A stretch of DNA of 63,556 bases, the filler included, from Reticulomyxa filosa (taxonomy: Eukaryota > Protista > Foraminifera), in assembly GCA_000512085.1 (NCBI GenBank). It is 19 parts of 19 records of this genome, joined end to end, with 100 filler letters (N's around TTAATTAATTAA, not from the genome) between each part and the next. Parts side by side here need not be neighbours in the genome. Positions count along the whole stretch, not along the records: positions 1 to 13,870 come from ASPP01020554.1; 18 more parts are not named here. One strand, 5' to 3'. The translations under genes and the position numbers were made by a program. The notes under the pieces are model-generated. The model saw only the letters and a list, made by a program, of their open reading frames with translations. It made no database searches and was not told the DNA's origin. Below are positions 1-11,700 of the stretch, piece after piece (position 1 is the first letter of the stretch; each line of letters starts with the position of its first letter).

Positions 1-635
1 CCGTCGCCGTCGTCTGCTGGAGTGATTGACATCACCCGAATCTCGATAGAAATGGTATACGATGCATTGCGGCTAACCACGCTCCGAACTTCAGACAAGT
101 TTATTTCACGTATTTGCAGCGTATATATTGTTGATTCATCCGTAATCGCTTTTTTTATTTTTTCCACAGCTGCTTCATTACCAGGTATAGGCCATGTTTG
201 CTCTATTTCACCTATCAACGTTTTTTTATATTGTTGTGGTCAAAATACATTGGATTTGCTCATTCTTCTCATCTAACAATTCTTTTTTAATGTCAAAAGT
301 TTTAAACCTGTTTCCTTTTCTCTTTTCTTCTGAATTTCATAGAAAAAGATTGCGCGCAAGTGATTCCATTTGGGTTGAGTTCCGAAACTCTGGTGTTCCG
401 ACCCAGTTCCGATCGCTGTTCGCCTTGTTCTTGCTGTTCTTAACACGGTGCATGAGTCCTTGCCCACATATCGCATTGGCACAAATTGAATCACAAGCTT
501 CTGTGTTCCTATTTTCTTGGGACTTCCTTTTGCTGCTTGCTTCTCATCATCTTCTTTTTTTTGAAGCACTAATTTTAGTTGCCATTCTACTTCTCCAAAC
601 TTTAAATAAACCCTACTGTGTGCTACCTCCTTCAT
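1..635 (-). CDS. Hypothetical protein, multi-exon, runs off the window start
   Basis: ATG at 635 (MKEVAHSRVYLKFGEVEWQLKL...). A second open frame follows an AG near 200 (GEIEQTWPIPGNEAAVEKIKKAITDESTIYTLQIREINLSEVRSVVSRNASYTISIEIRV) and stays open to position 1. No family recognised. Confidence 0.5.
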
Positions 636-1592
636 TTTGTTTTTTGCCGCTTCGAACAAACTAGACGCAGAAAATTCCAAATGTGCATTCTTTTTTTTTT
701 GTTATTGTTAGTTATTTTTTATTTCATTGAATTTCTTACAACTCCACTGTTTCATTCCCTCCCACTCCCTCTTCAAAAGTAATCACTCTGAACGATGAAA
801 GGGAATGTACATGTGTATAGGATCACTATTTTGATCGAGAAAGCTTTTTGCACTCTCACGGAAAGGATCTGGATATGACATTATTGATTATTTTATTTTC
901 TTCGTTTCCGAATTTTTTTAAAAATTCAGTCAATATCTTGTGACCCACAACGAAACTTGCAAGCCTGTGTAGTCGAGAAATTCATTAGGCTTGCCCTTGA
1001 GACCGTGTTTAAGAAAATTAGTAATTTGTGATTATATGTCCATAAAAACTAGTATTAATAATGGCAACAAAAAAGTTGATATATTGATACGATTTTCATG
1101 TCCAGTTTTTCTTTGCTTTTGTGATTTAAGCTTGTCTTGTTTGAAATAAATCTTGATTACAATTTTTTCATTAAGAAATAAAGAAAGAGAAAACTAACAA
1201 TGCTTTGTTTAGATCTTTAAAAGTCTGTCATCAATTGCCATGCTGTTTAGTGAAAACTATTGGAAAAATATGTAAAACAAAGTAAAAAAAAATTTGCATA
1301 TTTTGGTTATTCACTTTTTGAGAATTAAACGTTGTTTGTTATTTTTTTATTGAAACAAATCTAATTTTTTATAGTTTTGGGGTCAAATTCAATAAATAAA
1401 TTGCATTTCTTAATGCAAATCTTTTTCCTTCTTGTTTGACATGTTAATTGGTCTTTCTTTATCTTTTAGCTCCAAAAAAAAATGTAGATAGATGAAAGAC
1501 TAACGAAAGTATTAATGCAATAACTTGTTTCAACCGAAGGACGGACAATTGTTTTTACTAGTCAAGCCATACGTCGGTTTGGTGGCTTAAAT

Positions 1593-1889
1593 ATAAAACT
1601 TTACATTACATACATATTAATTTTCTTCATGAAGAAACAACATCCAAATATAATTTTAAAAAATATATCTATAATCATCGGAAACTTTCTGAAACTGCTT
1701 TTAAAAAAGTTGGTAAATTTCATGGTCATCATACAGTCACTATTGTCAACTTTTTCAAACAATTAGTAAAAATTTAATAAAAAATCAAAATTACATTTAA
1801 ACTACACTATTCGCATATATTTTTAAAAATTATGTCTATATGCTGTTTTTCATGAGAAAATCAATTATCTATATGGTGTGTCGTTTTAT
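1593..1889. mobile_element. Degenerate foldback/MITE-like element with ~75-bp imperfect inverted arms
   Basis: Arm 1593-1668 (ataaaactttacattacatacatattaattttcttcatgaagaaacaacatccaaatataattttaaaaaatatat) aligns with the reverse complement of 1815-1889 (ataaaacgacacaccatatagataattgattttctcatgaaaaacagcatatagacataatttttaaaaatatat). An inner IR aaaaagttg/caacttttt is also present. Confidence 0.55.
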
Positions 1890-2530
1890 GTGTCAGATTA
1901 AATTAATTGTGATTATATCTCCTTATTTAGCATACACCATCTTTAGATGCATTTGCACAATTTCTTAAGCATTTCAAAACTGCATTTGCATTGATACTAA
2001 TGCTGCGTGTGTAATGAGAGCTAATGAAAAAGAGCAGGAAAAAATGGATTAGAGTCGATGTATATCAAATGAGGAAAGTACATAGTATCTGTCGAAAATA
2101 GTCAATATTGTGTCTCTCGTGCAATTGGCTTGCGTGCAATTTCAGTCTTGCTATACGTACATAATTACTTATACATTATCCATCACCAGCTTGTATTACA
2201 TCAGCTCCAGGAACTTAATTGCCACTAATAACAAGACGCTGAATAGTTTTTTCCTCTCTTACAAGTAAACTTAGCGTTTTTTTGAAGTTTTACGATTTTC
2301 CCAAGTAAAAGGATTCGTCGTTTAAATTGGGAAAAAAGAAAGGAAAATATTTAAAAATAAATTTCACAAAAATTGAACTTCAGTTCAAATTTTTAGAAAA
2401 AACAAAGTTGTAGCAATTTTATTTCTTTGATAGTTTTTTTATTTTACTGTAACTACAAAAGTTCACTCCAAACCTTACTTTAAAACTTGAGAACAAACTT
2501 TTTAAAAGCTCTTGTCGAATAAAAAGAAGC

Positions 2531-3612
2531 ATGTCTCAGGCAACAGAAAATGAAAAGAAAGTAGATACTACTTTGTCGTCTTCGAGCTCGAAAGATGAAA
2601 GCGTAGCAAAAAAGCAACGCCAGCCGTCGTTGTACGTATGCCATGGAGGAGGCCCAATGCCGTATCTTGCTAAGCTAAGAAAGACATCATACGACGATGA
2701 AACGAATGGGTTCATATTGAAGTCGTTGGATTGGTTAGGAGGTTACATCGACAAGTATAAGCCCAAGGCGTTGCTGTTGATCTCCGCCCATTGGGAAGAG
2801 TCTCAATTGGCGTGCATCTATCAAAAAAGTCCGTCCTTATTTTACGACTACTATGGCTTTCCAAAGGAGTCGTACAAGTTGGCATACAGCCCAAAGTGCG
2901 ACCTTGCGACGACGGATGCAATGGTAAACATTTTGAACGCGGCCATAAAAGGCAAAGCAAAAGAGTTGAAATTCTTGAAATCGGAAGTGAAGTATGACAA
3001 ATCACGAGGATGGGACCACGGAGTGTTTATACCTTTAATACTTGCCCGACCAAACGCAGATATCCCAATCCTGCAATTGTCATTGTTGACAAGTTTGAAT
3101 GCAACTGATCATTTGGAACTTGGCAAAGTTAGCAATTTTTTTTTTTTTTTAAAAAAAAATTACTAATAAAAAAAAAAATTTACCAATAAAAAAAAAAAAA
3201 TTAATAATAATAACAATTTTCTATTAAAAAGATACTTTCGCCCTTACGTGATGAAGGTGTAATGATCATTGGGTCTGGTATGTCTTTCCACAATATGGGA
3301 GCGTTCATGGGAGATATGACAGAGGAAGAAGCGGGCAAAAGCAAACAGTTTGACGATTGGCTGTCAGATTCGCTGTGCAGTCAAAAACTTACTGGTAAAG
3401 AAAAATGGGACTTGTTAAGTAAATGGGACAAGGCTTCTCCTCATGGTTCTGGTCGCTTCTCACACCCACGGGAAGAACACTTGTTGCCTTTGCACGTGTG
3501 CTTGGGATCGAGTTTTCTCCCTTCCGTTGTCGACGACAAGCATCAGGTCAATGTCGAAGCTTGTCGTGGTGTTGCAATGGGGGTCAATTTGTCATGTTTT
3601 GCTTTTCTTTAA
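2531..3612 (+). CDS. LigB-family class III extradiol ring-cleavage dioxygenase (4,5-DOPA dioxygenase/YgiD-like), 2 exons: 2531-3127, 3232-3612
   Basis: Motifs CHGGGP, SAHWE, YDYYGFP, RGWDHG, GSGMSFHN, HPREEHLLPL. Removing GT..AG intron 3128-3231 restores the conserved HLELGK|ILSPLRDEGVMIIGSG junction in frame. Confidence 0.92.
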
Positions 3613-4031
3613 GTCTTTTTTAATATTGTCTCGTTTTTTTTTTGTTTTTCTCATTCGAATTTTCCATCAAAAAAAAAGCCTCACTATTATTGTGTGAGGT
3701 CAACCGGTTGTACCTTGTCTTTTTTTTTTTTGGAAAGTTCGTAATGGAAAAAATCTATTGCAATAGTGGAAAAAGATTTAAAATCTACTCTCTTATTTGG
3801 TGGCTTTAATGACCTTTCTTCTCTTTTAGTTTCATTTTAACTTGCTAGCGAATATCGCGCACCTTTGATTGATAGCTTTCATTAATCCTGGAAAAAAGTG
3901 TTATCAATCAAGGCTATTCTTGTTACGCAAAAGAGGTGCACTCAAGTAAACAGAACAAAATTCTGTTTGATCACGTTTTCAAATATATGTTTACCTTTCG
4001 ATGAGACGTTTACATTTGTTTTGAAACTCAG

Positions 4032-5603
4032 TCAGTCTCTTTGTGATTCGTGGATATAATGCTGGACCAGAGAAATATTGAAATGAAAGGTTGTTTGCCT
4101 GAATAATAATTGCTGAGCTTGTATACGCATGGTAAAAAAATAAAGCTTGACTTTGTATGATACCAAAAAAAAGGATGCAAAGAAATAAAAACCAATCACA
4201 AAAGGGTCAAAAAAAGAAGAGTCATAATTTTGATGTTTGTGGTTCTTCTTCTGCCCCTTGCGATTGAGGATAATAACTTCCTGTTTTTTTTTTCTGTCCC
4301 TGAGTTTCTCAATCATATCTTGAACCATTGCCTCAAAAGTGAACGAGGGCTTCCATTCCCATTCTTGTCTTGCGACAGTGTCAAGCATGTTATCGGGCCA
4401 ACTTTCAGCGATTTTTTGGCGAAAATCGGGTTTGTAAGTGATTTGAAAGTCGGGAATAAACAGTTGGATCTTTTGGGCTAATTGCCGAGGAGTGAAGCTG
4501 AAGGCAGTAACATTGAAATCGCAATAATGAGTTAGTTTCTTGTTTTCAGTTTCCTCAAACTCGCACAAATCAATCATCGCTTTAATGGCATCAGGCATAT
4601 AAACCATTGGCATCGCCGTGTCCGCGTCAATATAGCATTCGTATTTTCCATTTTTCAAAGCTTCATAAAATATTTCTACCGCGTAATCCGTCGTGCCTCC
4701 GCCAGGCATTGCTTCACTGCTAATCACTCCTGGCAAGCGGACTCCTCTTACACGCATGCCTTTTCAACATGTTTCCCCCCAACAAAAAAAAAAAAATATA
4801 TATATATACATATATATGTACATATGTATACATTTATGTGTACAATATAAAACATAATAAAAAAAAATATAAAAAAACCTAACCATATTTCTTTGCATAG
4901 TAATCTCCCAACAGCTCACCAGCGACCTTTGTTACTCCGTACATAGTCGATGGATGCATTGCACAATCTTGAGGTGCTTGCCGAGGTGCATCACTACCAA
5001 AGGCACCTACATTTCACATGCGCATATACATATATGTATCATATACAAATCGGCAACTCGCAATGCATATTATGTGTGTATATACATATGCATGTATATA
5101 TGTAGTGCAATACAATACCAATGCTTGAAGGAATGAAAACTCTGGAAATTCCATTTTTCTTTGCAAATTCCAACACTGTCAATGTGCCGTTCATGTTCAC
5201 GTCCCAACATTGCAACGGGTTTTTTTCACCTTCTCCGGATAAAATAGCAGCCAAATGATAAATAGTGTCAATGTCTTTGTGTTTCTTCAGTATTCCTTCC
5301 AGATCGTTCCTTTTTTTTTTTACCCCCATACATGACGCACATGCATACAATATAGGAGATCCGTTGTAAATTAGCCTTTGTTTTGTTCCCGTCACTTAAC
5401 ATTTTGCGAACGTCGACGCCTAGATAGAAAGGGCCAGGACACTGTTGGTTGAGGACTGCCAATGGTGGGGTTGTTCTTCCAATCCCTATCACATTCTTAT
5501 TCCCATAGCGCTTGCGCAATTGGATTATCAGTTCTATCCCTATCTGTCCTGCTGCTCCAGTTATTAGGATTGTTCGTTCTTTTGATTTTGAACTGCTCAC
5601 CAT
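4032..5603 (-). CDS. tdh: L-threonine 3-dehydrogenase (extended SDR / NAD-dependent epimerase family), 4 exons; exact 3' end uncertain
   Basis: ATG 5603. Rossmann motif ILITGAAGQIG; IYHLAAILS; PSSIGAFG (spliced); catalytic PSTMYGVTK (YxxxK); family signature PGGGTTDYA; PDFRQKIAESWP. Confidence 0.88.
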
Positions 5604-5817
5604 TTTTTTTATACTTGGGGACTCCTCGTTTTGACCTTTCAAAAGGAAACAAAGTACTGTCAAGCTGCTATATGTGCTATTTTCAGTTTAAGTTTTTTGG
5701 TTAGTGTGAATCACTAATCACAGTTTGAAGGATAAAAAAAAATGACAGTCAAGTGTTTTTTTTTTGAACCAAGGGATTTTTTTTAAAAAAGATTTACATT
5801 AATTATCTTGTCCCAAG

Positions 5818-6447
5818 ATGACCTCTCTGGTACCTTATAGCGATAGTGAGAATGATTCTTCAGAAGAGGCTGCAAGCAGCACAAAAACAAAAGAGAATGA
5901 GCATAATATAGCGGAAAAGAAGACAAAACCGACACAATCGCAAGCGCAACCCAAATCTCAAACACAAGCACAAGATGAAATAGTGAGTGTCGAAGATGTA
6001 CCAACGAGCATAAAGTTGTCGTTTGGTTCTCATCAAAGAGACAATGCAAAGAAAAACGCGTCATTGTTTCTATTCGATGACGAAGCGAATCCAAAGAAAT
6101 CGATGTGGGACGACATGCCATTGCCAAAGCAATACAACAATAATAATAATAATAACAACAACAGCAGTAGCAGCAATAAAGTGACGATACACAAGCCAGG
6201 AGAGGAAAAAGCGAAAAAGAAAAAAGAAAAGAAGAAGACAAGTACAAAAGAAAAGAAGAATAAGCGAACGTACACAGACATGATTCAATCGGATGATCTC
6301 AAGCAAGAAAAAGAAAAGGGGGACCAATCAACGTCACAACCAACAAAAAAAGCAAAGCAGCTGTTGAAAGATATGTTACCCCCTCCTATCAATCTAAATC
6401 CAAATCCAATTGCGACTATTGATGAGAACGAGGACGACATAGATAAC

Positions 6448-6500
<53 letters not shown>

Positions 6501-7413
6501 TAATAATAATAAGAATGAGAATGACGCATCGTTAACAAAGACAGAAGCATATAAACGCCCTTGGCACGAAGTGCCCAACGCAAATACAATGGCGTCGTTT
6601 TCGGTGGATGAGGACAAGGCTCCTCTGCACGACGGCGACGATGACGTGTTCCGCGAAACTGCGGACGGTGTGGACGTCGACGATGCGTTTGCAGATTCTC
6701 TTCTAACGTCGACTTCAACCTCGGCATCGGCATCGGCATCGGCCTCAGCGTCGAGTCGCGTCCCAACGGGGATAGACGTGATGATGCCGGGAGTCGGCAG
6801 GGGAGGAGTGCCGGGATACGCGCCTTTGCCCGAGCCGGAAGAGTACATGGAACAGGAGCAAATGAGAGAGAGATTGAAAGGAGTGTTATGGGAAGACTTG
6901 ACGTATGGAACGGGGCCTGTCACACATACACAGACCAATGATATCAACATTGATGACCATATTGACAATGACAATGACAATGACAATGATAATGGCAATG
7001 ACAATGGTAATGAGGATGACAATGAGGAACATGCAGAGCCGGATGAAGATGATATGCTTGATATTGACAATGTCCCCGAGTCATGGAAAAAAGATATGCT
7101 TCAACAATCGAAAACACGCAAGGTGGCTTCACCACTCCAAGTCAATAGCGACAGCTTGAGAACCAAAGACTGGAAGCCCACCTTTGAAATCGACGATATT
7201 GTCAAGCAAGAGAAAAAACTTGTCCCCACCAAAAAGTGGAACCCCGAAACTGGAGAAGTTGACACCGTCGCTAAATTCACAAAGACACAACGAAGGAAAC
7301 ATCAAATCAACACTTTGGTCTATGATATGCAAGATGACTCTCTCAAACTGGCCATGAGGCAATCCTCTGCTTTTAAGACCAAGTCCGAAACTCAAATGAA
7401 GTACGGATGGTAG
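5818..7413 (+). CDS. PRCC: PRCC-like protein (proline-rich mitotic checkpoint/spliceosome-associated factor), intronless, with Asn/Asp low-complexity tracts
   Basis: N-terminal MTSLVPYSDSE and C-terminal TQRRKHQINTL...KSETQMKYGW match the PRCC family termini. Confidence 0.82.
6448..6510 (+). repeat. Coding (AAT)n microsatellite (poly-Asn); related GACAAT tract near 6964-7010
   Basis: Tandem AAT repeats seen directly within the PRCC ORF. Confidence 0.95.
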
Positions 7414-8734
7414 TTCTTCTTTTTTTTATTTTTTTTTATTTCCATCTCCCTTCTACGATCAGGCTCGGATTTACAATTTTCAAAGCCTTTTTGTTCTTTT
7501 GTCAATGTCACTCTTTGATGTCGTCAAATTTATTGCTTTTTTTTTATTAGTGTTTTAATTTGCTTGTTTGTTGGTTGGTCGCTATCCTTGGAAACCAATT
7601 GTTCAAAACAACTACATCACTTGGGCAAAAATCACGCACATTCCGCTTTCTTTCACAAGGAAGGGTTTTGATGTTAAGTCGCGAATATTGCACATATCAA
7701 AAATACGCTTAGTTTTGTTGTCGAGCAAACAATACCAATTAGTTTACTTTTCCTTACAAATTAAAGTTCACTTCACACTGTGCCCAACAAACTCAGAAAG
7801 GGAAGAAAAAAACATGGAAAATAAAACAGTGGAAGAAAAAAATGTTGAACGAAACGTCCCAGTACTGAAAAATACACATTCACAAAACTAAAATGATAGA
7901 AGTATTGAATGCAAAGTAATCATTTAGTGACTTTGCGAAAAGACAGAACTGTATGGAAAAATGTCATAATCAATATTATTTTAATATAATACATATAAGA
8001 TGCAAACAAATGAAATATCAAGCACAAATAGATCTTGGGAAGAGCTCAAATAAATGGATCAAAGATGTGTTTAGTGTTTGATATTTGATTGGAGATATTT
8101 TTCTTTTTAACGTCGCAAGACTGTTTTTTTTTCTTGGGTTTGAGTCGGTTCATTAGTCATTTTTTTTGTCACTTTAAGACTCCAAAAAATGTACGTATTT
8201 TGCGTTTGCTGTTAACTCCTTAGGGTGACTTAAGACGAATGTCTAATTTTTTTTCTGAAAGCATTTGCCATATTAATATATAGTGCAATACGAACATCAG
8301 GTGATTTCATGCAAGCAAAAAACTATTGATTGCACTAAGTCGAAAAAACAACAGCTGGTGTTATTTGTTTCGAAAAATTCATACACATTACGAATAACCA
8401 GGTTTTTGGCTTTGTTTTCATAAACAAAACAAAGTAATTAGATTTTTTGAGAAAATTGAAAAAAGTTTATACAATGGCAGGTTTCAAAATTGTATATTCA
8501 TGGAGAAAGGATATTACTTGTTAATGACAATTTTAGGTGTTGCAAGAGTTTTGTGTCCTATGTAGCAATTGCTAGCAGAGACAAACTTATTTCGATTTTA
8601 ATACATTGACTTTCCTTACTCAACACTATGCCATAAATTCTGACTGTAAATTTTGAACGCAAGGGAAATCTCTCAGACTAAAAACAGGACAAACAACAGT
8701 AGCCTCACTCGAAAGTGTACATTTATATCAAAAT

Positions 8735-11700
8735 ATGGCGACAGAAAGTAATTTCAAAGATTGGTTAATACAAAAAGGCTTTAAGGACTATGCAGAATTA
8801 ATTATCCAAAACGGAGGGATAACCGATTTGGAGGGTTTAAAGACGGATTTCGATGAAATTTGTGCTATGTTGTCGTTAACCGAGCCAGAGAAAGACTCAT
8901 TTAAAATTGTTGTTTTCGCAACAAACACAAATGTCCTCTCTGTAATGCAAGTTCAGTTTTTTAAATTTTTTTCTCTCTTACTCAATCTGTTTTTTTGTAC
9001 ATCCTTTTTTAACTCTTGGCTTCGTCTTTCTACCACGACACATTTTGTAGTGTTTGCTGTTACCCACAGCAGTTTTGTGAAGAGCATAGCATTGCCGAGT
9101 TCAAAGACGCGCTAATTGCAGCAGGCTACACCGATCCAAAGATATTTTTAAATAAAACAGAAAAGGGATTGGATAAAATTGGAAAAGCAGTTGGAATGAC
9201 AGTTGGACCCTTGCGCAAATTTAAAGCTGCGGTTTTAGCACAGCAAAGAAAGAAAGAATTTGACGTTAATTCTTTGTGTATTCACCGACTTATTTATTTC
9301 TTCTATCAGACAGCAATTGCACAAATGAATATTAGAGTGAGTGTATTTTTCTTTTTTAATAGAATTGGTGCCATAACAATGGCTTTGGAAAATTTAGCCA
9401 AGCCTTAATGGAGTTTGGTATAAAAAGTAGTCGTGATTTGGTATCAAAGAGCGAGTCCGATTTGGATGACTTGTGCAAAAAGTGTGCAATAAGGATGGGT
9501 TTTGCTCGTGCGTTCCGCTCCGCTGTGCAAAACTTGCAAAGACAAGGTGAGAAGATAGCGGAAGAGGCCATGAACGCCAATGTTAAAGCTTAACGGAAAG
9601 TTGGGAAGAAAGAATGAAGCAATACAAATATCGCAAGAAGAATTAAAAAGAAGAAATGGAGTTAAATGTACAGAATGGGTTGAAAACATTGCTATTTGGC
9701 TGTCCAAAATGCAAGACATACAACAAAAGTATTGTCGACTAAATTTGGAAGACATCTTGCATCATTTGCAGATTGACAGCATGAACGAATATCTAAACGA
9801 CTTAAGCTTCAATTTAGGAGACATGAAAAATCAAAGGTATGTACAAATAATAGCGAAGCAAAGGGCAATATCAATTGCTTTTTCATTTTTCCTGTTATTT
9901 TTTGTTTGTTTTTGTGTGTGTTATTAAATAACACTTGATTAAGACCTCTTGTGTGACATTTCTGACTCCATCGAAATGGGGGGTATAGCCCAGAGGAATT
10001 TGAAATAGAATGTATTTTCCTTGATTTGTGTGGTTTCAAAGTAAGGGAAGTTGATGAAAAAAAAAATGAAGAACAAAGAAAAACATTTGAGATTTGCGGA
10101 AGCTTGGATATAGAAATGGTGTCATTGGTGCAAAAAAAGCTATACTTGATCGAACAAATATTAACAACGATAAGCGAAAGTAGAGTCCAAGCTGATGTGG
10201 ACCACATCAGCGGTATTTTTGGTAACACCTTCGAACACATGTCGCAAACCTTAGGAGTTGACTTACGTAGGTTCGAAAATGAACAAAATCGAGGCCAAAT
10301 ATATAAACACGCAAGCGGATTTTATGACGACCAGTTTATTGTATTTACATTGCAACAGCTCATATTCGAAGTTCAAGACAGTGTGGTAACCTCCAAACCT
10401 GTGCTGAATTCCAATCACTTGGAAACATTTGTCAATTTCATTGGAGGCAAGTCGACCATATCTACCGAGAGTGCCTCTAAAATTAACATGAATGATTTGA
10501 GATATTTGAAAATTCACCCAGTTGGATTGTTTGGAACAAAGGAAGAAGTGATTTGGCAATTGCAAACATTGAATTGCATATCCAAACCTATGGAAGATAT
10601 GTTAAAAAGTGAAAAAAATAAAGAGTATCTCTGCACGGGTGTGTATGCAATAATTAATTTGAAGGACTCCCTTTTGAAGTTGAACAAGACTCCAAAAGAG
10701 TTGGCATCAATGTCCAGGTCAAGCAGCGTGAATATTTATTGTTTTTTTGGCCCGATGCAGAATCATTCATAGATATTAAACGAAGTAACTCTGCTTCCCT
10801 TTTTTTTAGGGTATTGTTGGAAGTTTGCCCGACTGTGTGCATGAAGATTTCACAAAAAGAATTGGACCATTTTTATGTCAACAAACAAAAAGAATGCCAA
10901 GAAGAACAAAGCATGGGCGGTGGTATTCAAGCCACAATCAAAGAAGAACAAAAGAATGATGTATCTTATGATACCAAAAAAATGCAGTCGTTTTTAATTG
11001 AGAAGGAAAAAAATCAAGATGGCTTAGACACAATCGCAACCTCAAAAAGTGCGTTTGTGATCGAAGGGGCACATTCTACAATCCTGTGCCATTGTTCTGT
11101 TCTAGAAAAAGAAGCTGAATTAAGGGCAGTTTCGTTCACTTATTCAAGCGATGAAGAATTGACTAATTTCATTAAAAAAATTACACAAACGCACCGGTTA
11201 ACACTTTGGAATAAGACATTTAGTTCGTGGGAAAAAGCATCCATCTTCGCAAAAGCTGTTTGTCCTGAGTTGATTGAGGTCCAAATATTTTTTGTAACAT
11301 ATTTTGTCTTTTTTCTTTTAATATTTTTGTTGTTGATTGACCAGGAATTTGATCAACAATTACATTCGATCAACGAAAGCTATGAAAGGCAAATTAGTGC
11401 AGTGCATTCAACCGCACAAAGTCTATACGATTCCCAAATATCAAATCTTGAAATTGACTATGGCAAGTTTTTTGCCTATCAATGCAAGGGTACAAGTCTC
11501 GCAAAGATGAAAGCAGTAGCAAGAGAATTGTCAAAGGAAAGGGTTAATAGATTTTTTCATAACTCCAGTACTCCCACTTGGAAAGAGGATTTTGAAATTG
11601 GTTACGAGGCGTTGACAAAATGGATCCCAGACACTGCGTCTTATCATTCTTTTTGGCGCAGTTATCATAAAGATTTGAGCAAAGACATCAACGACTTGTA

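Noticed and set aside
3862-3913. ~13-bp inverted repeat between the convergent DODA and TDH genes
   Set aside because: Short, imperfect and AT-rich; no function can be supported.
11279-11344. Transmembrane helix (VQIFFVTYFVFFLLIFLLLIDQ) in the 1059-aa ORF
   Set aside because: It is a 66-nt T-rich GT..AG segment, i.e. an in-frame intron.
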